Part shown: positions 43,192 to 51,233 of the stretch, piece after piece
How the letters are laid out: the number at the start of each line of letters is the position of its first letter
Position numbering within the stretch: the first letter of the stretch is position 1
Source of the DNA: an uncultured Sandaracinaceae bacterium
GTDB taxonomy: Bacteria > Myxococcota_A > Polyangia > Polyangiales > Sandaracinaceae
NCBI GenBank assembly: GCA_964480175.1
Contig: CAYZQM010000002.1
Location: 25,855 to 80,106, forward strand
Direction: 5' to 3'
Length of the DNA stretch: 54,252 nt
Position numbers and translations under genes: made by a program
Notes under the pieces: model-generated
Told to the model about the DNA's origin: nothing
What the model saw: only the letters and a program-made list of their open reading frames with translations
Databases searched by the model: none

Positions 43192-44124
43192 ATGCCTCGC
43201 TTCTCCTTCGCGATCGCCGCATCGATGCTCGCGGTCGCCTGCAGCACCACGCCTGCTCCGGACGACGCGGCGACCGACGACGTGCCGGCGCCCCGCGACG
43301 CGGGCACCGACCTCGGCGTCGACACCGGTCCGGTGCGCATGAACCCCGCGCTTCCGAGCGCCAGTGGCACATGCCCGTCGTTTCTCACCTCCGGGACGCT
43401 CTCGTTCGCGCCTGCGGGGATCATCGCGCGGCAAGCGCGGGTCTGGGTGGGGCCCGAGGCAGCCGATGCCGACGGCCCACTCGTCTTCTACTGGCACGGC
43501 GCAGGCGGCTCACCCGACGAGGCGAGCTACGTGCTCGGTGACGCGCTGAGCGCGATCACGGAGGCCGGTGGTGTCGTGGTGGCGCCCGTACACGACCCCG
43601 AGGCGGGCACGCTGCCTTGGTACCTCAGCACGGGCAGCCGCCTCGACGATCTGATCTTGGCCGACGAGATCGTCGCCTGCGCGGAGCAGGAGATCGGCAT
43701 CGACGATCACCGCATCCACACCGTCGGCTTCAGCGCAGGCGCGCTGCACAGCACCCAGATGACGTTCCGCCGCGCGGCCTACCTCGCGAGCGCAGTGGTC
43801 TACAGCGGTGGCCTCCTCACCGCGCGCGCCCCCGAGACCGACGCCCCCGACGCGCGCTTCGCGGTGATGATGCTGGTGGGCGGCCCGAGCGATCAGGTGG
43901 TGATCCGCTTCGACACTATCACGCAGAACTATCTCACGATCGTCGAGCGCATCGGTCACTTCGGCTTCGTGTGCGATCACGGGATGGGCCACACGGTCCC
44001 CACCAGCGCGCGCAGCAGCGCGTGGCAGTTCTTGAGCGATCACCCCTACGGCACCTATCCGGCCGCGTACGTCGATGGGCTGCCCAGCGGCTTCTACTCG
44101 CCCTGCGCGCTGCCCGAGGGATGA
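43192..44124 (+). CDS. alpha/beta-hydrolase lipoprotein (esterase/depolymerase-like)
   Basis: Lipobox ASMLAVAC, PLVFYWHGAGGSPDEA, and nucleophile elbow HTVGFSAGALHS (GxSxG). Confidence 0.65.
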   Translation: MPRFSFAIAASMLAVACSTTPAPDDAATDDVPAPRDAGTDLGVDTGPVRMNPALPSASGTCPSFLTSGTLSFAPAGIIARQARVWVGPEAADADGPLVFYWHGAGGSPDEASYVLGDALSAITEAGGVVVAPVHDPEAGTLPWYLSTGSRLDDLILADEIVACAEQEIGIDDHRIHTVGFSAGALHSTQMTFRRAAYLASAVVYSGGLLTARAPETDAPDARFAVMMLVGGPSDQVVIRFDTITQNYLTIVERIGHFGFVCDHGMGHTVPTSARSSAWQFLSDHPYGTYPAAYVDGLPSGFYSPCALPEG

Positions 44125-44142
44125 CGTGGTAGAGCCCGCCGC

Positions 44143-44595
44143 ATGACGGGCACCGAGTACGCGAACCTGGTGGCGGGCTACCTGGTGAAGACCTTCGGCC
44201 ACCGGGGGATCACGGTCTACCGCGAGGTGCCGTTCGGCAAGACACTGATCGGCAAGAACCGCCGCATCGACATCCTCTTGATCGAAGAGTCGAGCCGCAC
44301 GGCGATGGCGCTCGAGTGCAAGTACCAAGGCTCGATGGGGACGACGGACGAGAAGATCCCGTACGCGCTCGCCGATCTCGGGCAGCTCGGGATGCCCGCG
44401 TGCCTCGTGTACGCGGGCGAGGGCTTCTCGCCAGGCATCGAGCACATGCTCGCGGCGTCGCCGCTCACCGCGTACTGCCGCCCGGCCCAGCCCCACCGGC
44501 CGGATGCCGACACCCGCGAGCTCGACGCGGCGCTGGCCCGCACGTTCCGCTGGTGGGACGTCGTCGTCGCAGGTCGAACCCCGTTCGGTCGCTGA
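44143..44595 (+). CDS. small PD-(D/E)XK-like nuclease-fold protein
   Basis: 150 aa. RRIDILLIEE...(13 aa)...ALECKYQ fits D-x(n)-E-x-K with alternating beta-strand-like hydrophobic runs. Assignment is by motif only. Confidence 0.45.
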   Translation: MTGTEYANLVAGYLVKTFGHRGITVYREVPFGKTLIGKNRRIDILLIEESSRTAMALECKYQGSMGTTDEKIPYALADLGQLGMPACLVYAGEGFSPGIEHMLAASPLTAYCRPAQPHRPDADTRELDAALARTFRWWDVVVAGRTPFGR

Positions 44596-44606
44596 GCTCG
44601 ACACCG

Positions 44607-45077
44607 ATGCCATCGAGCGCGTCGCGGGTGACGTCGCCGGCGGTGATCGCTGGGCAGGCGCGCGCCCTCGGTCCGCTCGAGACCCCGGACGTCGCGCTGC
44701 GCTGGCGCATCACCGGTCCGTTCGGTCTGTGGTGCCGGAGCACGGGCTGGATCGGCTCCGACCTCACCGTGGCGATCGGTCGCGAGCAGGTCCTCGTGCC
44801 CTTGCAGGGGCTCACGGTCCACGCGGACGAGGGCTACTGGCTCCGCACCTACGAGATGCCAGCGGTCGTTCCCGCGTTCGTCGAGCAGCACTTTCACCGC
44901 GGCGTCGGGATGTGGTGGGAGCTCTGCCTGAGGCCCGGGGTGCGGGTGTGGTTGGAGGAAGATCGGCCCGCGGCCCGCGGCGGCTACCGCAGCGCAGAGG
45001 GGCCGCGCGTCGCTTCGCGTCCGATGATCTCGCTGGACCCGCTGGGGTCTGCCGGCGATCGCCGCGATCAGGCGTAG
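44607..45077 (+). CDS. hypothetical protein (not separately listed in the ORF track)
   Basis: The in-frame ATG at 44607 lies 12 nt after the previous stop, inside track ORF 44316..45077. High GC3 from here to the TAG at 45075..45077. Reads MPSSASRVTSPAVIAGQARALGPLETPDVALRWRITGPFGLWCRSTGW... Its 3' end overlaps the convergent ATP-grasp gene by 10 nt. Confidence 0.5.
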   Translation: MPSSASRVTSPAVIAGQARALGPLETPDVALRWRITGPFGLWCRSTGWIGSDLTVAIGREQVLVPLQGLTVHADEGYWLRTYEMPAVVPAFVEQHFHRGVGMWWELCLRPGVRVWLEEDRPAARGGYRSAEGPRVASRPMISLDPLGSAGDRRDQA

Positions 45078-46282
45078 TGCACGCGCACGTTCTCGATCAC
45101 GAGCTTGAGGAGCTCGCGCACCGTGTCGGTCTTTGGGTGTTTGAGGATCGCGAAGCCGTCGCCCTCGTAGCTGTCGCTCTTGGGCGCGCCGACGGTCGGG
45201 AGCTTCGCCTCGACCACGTACTTGCCGACCTTCTTGTTCACCGCGTCCACGCCGTCGACGCGCACGACGCGACCCGAGCCCATGCCCCGCAGGTACGCGC
45301 AGCCGACGGAGACGTCGCGGGTGTAGGGACCATCGAATGCGTCGTCGACGACGGCGCGCGCCCAGGCGCGGTAGGGGTCGAAGCCGTGCGCCTCGCCCGT
45401 CATCCGGGTGATGTTCGCGCCCGGCGGACGCAGCGCGATCTCGCCGATCGCGAGCGAGCCGTCGGCCCGCTGAAACCACTCCATGTGGGTGAAGCCCGAG
45501 TCGAGCCCGAGCGCCTTCACCGCGGCCAATCCCATCTTCTTCGGTCCCTCGTACTCGCTTCCCGAGATGTCGCGGGGCAACAAGCACGTCCACTGGATCC
45601 ACGGGTTCTCCAGCACCTCGAGGCAGGCGGGCAGGTAGTGCGAGATCGAGTGGAAGCGCGGCTCGCCGTGGGTGGTGAGCGTCTCGAAGCTGAACTCGCG
45701 CCCTTTGAGGAACTCCTCGGCCAGCACCGGGCGATCGGGGTTGGGACGGATCTGCTCGATCGCGCTCGTGAGGCTCGCATGATCGCTGACTCGAAACGTC
45801 GCCTTCGCCCCCATGCCCGCCGGCGGCTTGAGCACGATCGGAAAGCCGACCTCCTCGGCGAACGAGAGGGCGTCGGACGCGCGCTTCACCAGCCGATGCC
45901 GTGCGGTGGGAAGGCCGGCCGCGCGCAGCGCCTCTTTCATCCGCGCCTTGTCCCGAAACAGATCGGCCGTGTGCGGCAGCGTGCCCGGCACCTCGAAGTG
46001 GGCGCGGGCTTCGGCGAGCTGCACTTGCAGCGGCTCGAGGATCCCGAGGATGCGGCCGATGCGCCCGTACTTCTTCTTGAGCGCGCCGATCGCGGCGATG
46101 AGCTCCTTGGTCGACAGCCCGTCCTTCACCTGCACGACGTCGTCGAAGATCTTGCGGTCCTTGCCGCGCGGCAGCTCCTGAAAGACCCCGAGGAATTGGA
46201 CGCCCTCGAGGCGCGCGGCGGCGCGCGCGAAGCGCATGGTGGTCTCGAGAGGGAAGGGCGCGACGAAGACGACGTTTCGCAT
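45068..46282 (-). CDS. ATP-grasp domain ligase
   Basis: ATG 46282 gives MRNVVFVAPFPL. DKARMKEALRAAGLPTA, GFPIVLKPPAGMGAKATF, VLAEEFLKGREFSFE and HMEWFQRADGSLAIGEIALRPPGA follow the ATP-grasp layout. Confidence 0.75.
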   Translation of the reverse strand: MRNVVFVAPFPLETTMRFARAAARLEGVQFLGVFQELPRGKDRKIFDDVVQVKDGLSTKELIAAIGALKKKYGRIGRILGILEPLQVQLAEARAHFEVPGTLPHTADLFRDKARMKEALRAAGLPTARHRLVKRASDALSFAEEVGFPIVLKPPAGMGAKATFRVSDHASLTSAIEQIRPNPDRPVLAEEFLKGREFSFETLTTHGEPRFHSISHYLPACLEVLENPWIQWTCLLPRDISGSEYEGPKKMGLAAVKALGLDSGFTHMEWFQRADGSLAIGEIALRPPGANITRMTGEAHGFDPYRAWARAVVDDAFDGPYTRDVSVGCAYLRGMGSGRVVRVDGVDAVNKKVGKYVVEAKLPTVGAPKSDSYEGDGFAILKHPKTDTVRELLKLVIENVRVHYA

Positions 46283-46316
46283 CGGCGGCGATGATCGCTG
46301 CGCAGTCTGCGGGCGG

Positions 46317-47240
46317 TCAACGGCGATCGAGCAGGTCCTCGAGCATCGGGCGCAGCGCATCGAAGCGGAACGAATACCCCGCATCCAGCGCCTTCTTCGG
46401 CACGACGTTGCGGGACTCGAGCAGCTCCTGGGAGAAGTCGCCCAGCGCCGCCTTGAGGGCGAACGCGGGCGCGGGGAGGAACGCCGGCCGGTGGAGCACC
46501 GCGCCCAGCGTCTTGGCGAACTCCGCCTGCCGCACCGGGTGCGGCGCCGTCGCGTTCATCGGTCCTTCGATGTCCTCTCGATCGATCGCGAAGCGGATGA
46601 GCTCGCACGCATCACGCAGGTGGATGACCGGCCAGTACTGCTGGCCCGAGCCGAGCTTGCCGCCGAGCCCGAACTTGAAGAGCGGCAGCTGCGCTCCCAG
46701 CGCGCCGCCCTCCTTGCTCATCACCAGACCCATGCGCGGCGTCACCACCCGCACGTCGTGCGCCCGCGCGTTGAGCGCTTCGTTCTCCCAGCGCTCGCAG
46801 AGCTCGGCCAAGAAGCCCTCGCCACGCGGCGCGCTCTCGGTCACCTCGCGCTCGCCGGTCTCGCCGTAGAAGCCGATCGCGCTCATCGAGACCAGCACCT
46901 TCGGGCGCTCGCTCGGCGCGAGCTTGCCGATCTGCAGGACCAGCGAGCGGGTGCCCTCGATGCGGCTCGACTCGATCGCCCGTTTGCGTGCGTCGGTCCA
47001 CGGGGCGTTGCCCACGTTCTCGCCCGCGAGGTGCACCACCGCGTTCGCGCCCGACAGGATGGATGGCCCCGTCAGCGGCCAGCGCGCGGTGTCGGCCAGC
47101 GCCGCCGTCGCGCGCTTCAGGGCGTCGGGATCCCGCGACGTGCCTCGCACCTCGATCCCTTCGCGGGTCAGGAGCGCGACGAGCGCGGAGCCGATCAGAC
47201 CGCTCGCGCCGGTGATGACGATCGGGCCTCGCGTGCTCAT
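46317..47240 (-). CDS. TIGR01777/YfcH-like NAD-dependent epimerase-family protein (SDR fold plus DUF1731)
   Basis: IVITGASGLIGSAL Rossmann motif. C-terminal PAPAFALKAALGDFSQELLESRNVVPKKALDAGYSFRF. The ATG at 47240 overlaps the upstream TGA (ATGA). Only the last 307 aa of track ORF 46317..48644 are accepted. Confidence 0.8.
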   Translation of the reverse strand: MSTRGPIVITGASGLIGSALVALLTREGIEVRGTSRDPDALKRATAALADTARWPLTGPSILSGANAVVHLAGENVGNAPWTDARKRAIESSRIEGTRSLVLQIGKLAPSERPKVLVSMSAIGFYGETGEREVTESAPRGEGFLAELCERWENEALNARAHDVRVVTPRMGLVMSKEGGALGAQLPLFKFGLGGKLGSGQQYWPVIHLRDACELIRFAIDREDIEGPMNATAPHPVRQAEFAKTLGAVLHRPAFLPAPAFALKAALGDFSQELLESRNVVPKKALDAGYSFRFDALRPMLEDLLDRR

Positions 47241-47932
47241 GCCGCGTACTCCGCCTCGAGGTGTCGGGTGGCGGCGAGAGCCCCAGTGAGCGTGGCGCCC
47301 ACGGTCTCGTCGATCAGCCGCGGCGAGGAGCCCGACGCGCTCGCGCTGCCCGCGGCGTCGGGACGCCACAGGTAAGGGAGCTCGAGCTCGCTCAGCAGCT
47401 CCTTGATCGGTCGGGCGTCCGCCTGGCCTTCGTGGGCGTAGAGGACGAGGTCGGGATCGTCGCCCGGCTTTCGGGAGCGAATCCGGCTGCCCCGCCCGGC
47501 ACGCAGCGCGGTGCTCACCCCGGAGAGCGCGTTGCCCACGGCGCCTGCACGAAGAAGCGCCGGCGCGCTCGTCGCTCCGTAGCGCGCGAAGAGCACCTCC
47601 ACGATGCGATCGGACTCCTGCATCACCTGCGCGCCCTCGGGCTGGTTGGGATCCACCAGCGTGGGAAACGATGCCTTGCCAGCCAGCGCGATCGCGCGGG
47701 GGCGGAACCGGCGTCCCTGCTTGGGACAGGGCCAGACGCGGGTCGTGAGATCGAGGACGCTGATCGCCTCGCGGGCCTTTCGGCAGAAGGGACAGCCCTC
47801 GAACTCGTAGAGCTCCAGCGGGGACGCTGGGCGCGGGCCGAGCGGCGCGAGTCTCGAACCGAGGTTGCCGCGGAGCGCGCTCGCCGCGTGCGCCGCCATC
47901 GACGTTCGCATCCCGCAGTCTTGCACGCGCAT
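47237..47932 (-). CDS. tandem glutaredoxin/GST-N-like thioredoxin-fold protein
   Basis: LELYEFEGCPFCRKAREAISVLDL...FPTLVDPN, plus a second degenerate copy LVLYAHEGQADARPIKELLSELELPY. The start is uncertain (ATG at 47932, 47911 or 47899). I rejected the track start at 48043 because it spans a perfect palindrome. Confidence 0.6.
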   Translation of the reverse strand: MRVQDCGMRTSMAAHAASALRGNLGSRLAPLGPRPASPLELYEFEGCPFCRKAREAISVLDLTTRVWPCPKQGRRFRPRAIALAGKASFPTLVDPNQPEGAQVMQESDRIVEVLFARYGATSAPALLRAGAVGNALSGVSTALRAGRGSRIRSRKPGDDPDLVLYAHEGQADARPIKELLSELELPYLWRPDAAGSASASGSSPRLIDETVGATLTGALAATRHLEAEYAA

Positions 47933-47947
47933 TTCGATCCTGGGCGC

Positions 47948-47967
47948 GCATTTCAGACCTGAAATGC
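47948..47967. promoter_or_regulatory. perfect 9-2-9 palindrome, candidate operator in a divergent promoter region
   Basis: GCATTTCAG-ac-CTGAAATGC. A half-site-like direct copy GCGCATTTC lies about 20 nt to the left (about 47926..47934). Confidence 0.35.
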
Positions 47968-48057
47968 TGTCGCCTGCGCCCCTCATCCGTCGGTTGCGGA
48001 CTCGGCCGGAGTTCTCGTATTTGTGGCCAACACGGCGTGGCACGGTAATCGCTGTGG

Positions 48058-49116
48058 GTGTCGTCCATGATCGCTTCCATCGAGCAACGAGCCGTCTTCA
48101 CCCCGCTGCACACCGGCCAAGCGCGCCTCGCTGCGTGCCATGTCGCTGCAACGAGGCTCCAGGCGCTCGACTGGGTGAACCAGCCCGAGCGGTGGTTCCG
48201 CGATACGCGAGACATCCTGCGCGACACCATCCGGGTGCTCGCCGACTTGGTCGCGGCCGTCGACACGCCGGAGGCCAACGCGGCGCCGCTTCGGGGCGAC
48301 AGCACGGGCCAGTTCGGGATCCAGCTCGACGCGATTCTCGACGCGCCGAAGGTGACCGACGACCGGGTGGGCGACCTCGCGTTCATCGCGGCCTCGCAGC
48401 TGCGCCGCAAGCTCGCGGCGCTCGAGGACGCGCAGCGCGCCCACGAGGGCGACCCGTCGGCTCCGCACGTGCTGGCGCATTTCGCGGACGCGATCGGGAG
48501 CGGCATCCGCCACGTGCTTCGCGCGACCTGCATCGTCGAGCCGGAACTGGCGCGCGTTCGAGGGCTCGCCCCGCGCCTCTCGATGGAGGCGGAGCGCGCG
48601 CGCTCGCTCGCGGTCCGCGGGGCGTACACCGCGTTTCGTCGCACGGTCGATGCAGCGCCCGAAGATCGCGAGGGGCTGTGCGAAGTGCAGCGCGCCCTGC
48701 GAACGCTGGTGCTCGACGTCGCCTACCGCGACGCGCGTCCGTCGGATCGGGTGCAGATCGAGGCGCTTCGCGATCGCGTGGAAGACGCGATGGCGCTGCG
48801 CGTGGGGGCCGCCGATTCGGCGCGGCTGCTCACCGACGTGCGCTCGTTCGCCTCGATGCTGCGCATCGTCGGCCGTCGCGAGGTCCTCATGACCCACGAC
48901 CTCGAGGTCCTGCCGCAGATCATCGGTCAGGTGCGCGACCTGATGGCGCGCGGTCGTCCCGTCCTTCGCGGACACCTCGATGGGATCCGCGGGATCGACG
49001 ACGCGGTCGAGGCGCTGCTCGATCCCGGGCGGAGCATCGACCCCACGCAGCTGCTCGCAGAGCTCGAGCGAGCGCAGGGCGAGCGCCTCGCGAGCATGGG
49101 CGGCGGCTTCGCTTGA
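48058..49116 (+). CDS. hypothetical alpha-helical protein
   Basis: 352-aa ORF with high GC3 and no recognisable motif. The start is the GTG at 48058 or the ATG at 48067. Confidence 0.55.
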   Translation: MSSMIASIEQRAVFTPLHTGQARLAACHVAATRLQALDWVNQPERWFRDTRDILRDTIRVLADLVAAVDTPEANAAPLRGDSTGQFGIQLDAILDAPKVTDDRVGDLAFIAASQLRRKLAALEDAQRAHEGDPSAPHVLAHFADAIGSGIRHVLRATCIVEPELARVRGLAPRLSMEAERARSLAVRGAYTAFRRTVDAAPEDREGLCEVQRALRTLVLDVAYRDARPSDRVQIEALRDRVEDAMALRVGAADSARLLTDVRSFASMLRIVGRREVLMTHDLEVLPQIIGQVRDLMARGRPVLRGHLDGIRGIDDAVEALLDPGRSIDPTQLLAELERAQGERLASMGGGFA

Positions 49117-49120
49117 TCGG

Positions 49121-51106
49121 CTACTCGATCACGAACACGTGCGCGCGCTGATCGGGGATCGTCACCATGAAGCCGTTGGTCACCAGCTGATCGCGGGTGA
49201 TCGGCCCGAGCGAGGTGTCCGTCGCGCCGTCGCCCGTCAGCACCTCGCGCACCACGAACGCGCGACCGCTCGGCAGACCCGCCGCCGTGCTCAGCTCGAG
49301 CGGCACCCGGATGCGTCCGCTCGAGCTGCTGCCCGCCGCGAAGTTCGCCACCACGATCACGAGGCGCCCCGAGTCGGGGACGAAGCGCGCGAACGAGTAG
49401 AACGCCTCCGGCACGTCCCCGAAGCGCGAGGGGTCGTTGTAGTACTCGAGCCCCCAGTAGCCGGTGCCGCGCACCGCGGGGTCTTGCGCGAGCGCGAGCA
49501 GATCGGCGTAGTAGCTCCGCAGCGCGGCGGCGTCGGCGCTCAGCGCGCCGCCGTCGTACGCGCCGCCGTTCACCCAGCCCAAGAGCGCGGGCATCGCGCC
49601 GTAGTCGAAGATCGAGGTGCGCCCGTCGTCGCCTCCGAAGCCCTCGATCCCGGCGCCCGTCTCACCGACCTCTTGGCCGTTGTAGAGGAGCAGCGGGCCG
49701 TGGCTGTAGAGATAGAGGAGCGGCGCGAGCTGGTAGCCCGCGTTCGCCGAGCCGAAGCCCGAGTCGTCGGTACCGCCGGTGGTGACGATCGGTGAGGCGA
49801 TGCGCCGCTCGTCGTGGTTCTCGAGGTAGTGGAGGTAGCGCCCGCGGTCGGCGTCGTTCAGCGAGCCGAAGAGATCGGAGAGCTGCTCCTGGGACGTCCT
49901 CCCCAAGTACAGCCCCTTGAGCGAGTCGTAGGCGGCGTCGTGGTAGACGGCGTCGAAGCCTGCGCCGAGCAGCCCGGGGAGATCGTCGTACGCCTCCGCG
50001 AAGAAGAAGACCTCGGGATCGCGCTCGCGCGCCCGATCGATCAAGTACCGCCACGCGTCGTTGGGGACGAAGTGCGCGAAGTCGGCGCGGAAGCCGTCGA
50101 CGCCGAGGTCCTGCCAGTAGGCGAGGATCTGATCGAAGCGCGTCCAGGTCGCGGGCACCGGGTCGTACGCGGTGGTGCCGTCGACGAAGTTCAGACCCCA
50201 GTTGAGCTTCACCGTCTCGTACCAGTCGTTCTGCGACGGCGTGGGCGACGTGACGTTGTTGCCGGTGGCGCGCGGCGGGCGACCCGCGCTTCCGTCCTCG
50301 CGGGCGAAGCGCCCGTCGAAGGTGACGTCCGAGATCGTCCAGCTCGCCGGGCGGCTCAGCATCAGCGGCGTCGTCGCCGAGCTCGCGAGGTAGAAGAACG
50401 AGTTGTCGCGCGCGAAGAACGCGCTGGTGTCGTCGCCGACGCCGAAGTCGCGCTCGGGGTGGATCACCGAGCCGTAGCTCCGCGCCACGTGGTTCGGGAC
50501 CAGATCGATCACCACGTCCATGCCCGCGGCGTGCACGCGGTCGACGAGCGCCGAGAACTCCGCGAGCCGGTCGGCGGGATCGTCCGCGTAGTCGGGGCAC
50601 ACGTCGTAGTAGTCGCGCACCGCGTAGAACGAGCCGGCGCGTCCCTTCACGATGTCCGCGTCGTCGGCGGCGAGCGCGGGATCGACGCTGCTGTAGTCGG
50701 TGAGCGTCGCTTGCCGCAGCACGCCCGTGAGCCACACGTGCGTCGCGCCGAGGCTGCGGATCTCGCCGAGCGCGGTCGCGTCGATGTCCGAGAAGCGGCC
50801 CACGCCGTTCTGCGCGATCGTCCCGTCACGCATGCGGGCCGGGTTGGTGTTGCCGAAGAGCCTCACGACGAGCTGGTAGATGACCGGTCGCTCCGTCTCC
50901 ATCGGCATGCCTCCATCGACCTCGGCGTCGAGCGCCTCGCCTGCGTCCGTCGGGCCCGCGTCCTCGAGGTCGCCCGTGTCGTCGTCCTCCGGCGCGTCGC
51001 TCGCGGGGCTGTCTCGGCGTCCCGCATCGGCCCCGGCATCGGTCATCGGGTCGGACGGGCAGCCGCTCAGGGCCAGGAGGATCGCGACGAGGGCGGAGAG
51101 GCGCAT
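49121..51106 (-). CDS. glycoside hydrolase family 13 (alpha-amylase family) lipoprotein
   Basis: Lipobox ILLALSGC. GH13 conserved regions MDVVIDLVPNH, GVDGFRADFAHFV, FFFAEAY and YLENHDE. Confidence 0.85.
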   Translation of the reverse strand: MRLSALVAILLALSGCPSDPMTDAGADAGRRDSPASDAPEDDDTGDLEDAGPTDAGEALDAEVDGGMPMETERPVIYQLVVRLFGNTNPARMRDGTIAQNGVGRFSDIDATALGEIRSLGATHVWLTGVLRQATLTDYSSVDPALAADDADIVKGRAGSFYAVRDYYDVCPDYADDPADRLAEFSALVDRVHAAGMDVVIDLVPNHVARSYGSVIHPERDFGVGDDTSAFFARDNSFFYLASSATTPLMLSRPASWTISDVTFDGRFAREDGSAGRPPRATGNNVTSPTPSQNDWYETVKLNWGLNFVDGTTAYDPVPATWTRFDQILAYWQDLGVDGFRADFAHFVPNDAWRYLIDRARERDPEVFFFAEAYDDLPGLLGAGFDAVYHDAAYDSLKGLYLGRTSQEQLSDLFGSLNDADRGRYLHYLENHDERRIASPIVTTGGTDDSGFGSANAGYQLAPLLYLYSHGPLLLYNGQEVGETGAGIEGFGGDDGRTSIFDYGAMPALLGWVNGGAYDGGALSADAAALRSYYADLLALAQDPAVRGTGYWGLEYYNDPSRFGDVPEAFYSFARFVPDSGRLVIVVANFAAGSSSSGRIRVPLELSTAAGLPSGRAFVVREVLTGDGATDTSLGPITRDQLVTNGFMVTIPDQRAHVFVIE

Positions 51107-51233
51107 CGGCGCATGATAGTCGAGGCCGCCCGCCTGACGGCAGCGTCATCGCTCGGGCGTGACGAGTGCGCGACGAGTCCGCCCGATGCCCGCATCTGCC
51201 GGTGCTCCGCTATCATCACGCCCCGAGGTCTCC

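Noticed and set aside
46317-48644. 775-aa minus-strand ORF apparently fusing several genes
   Set aside because: Only the last 307 aa (from the ATG at 47240) read as a YfcH-type SDR. The upstream part is out of frame with the Grx-like gene, antisense to 48058..49116, and Arg-rich.
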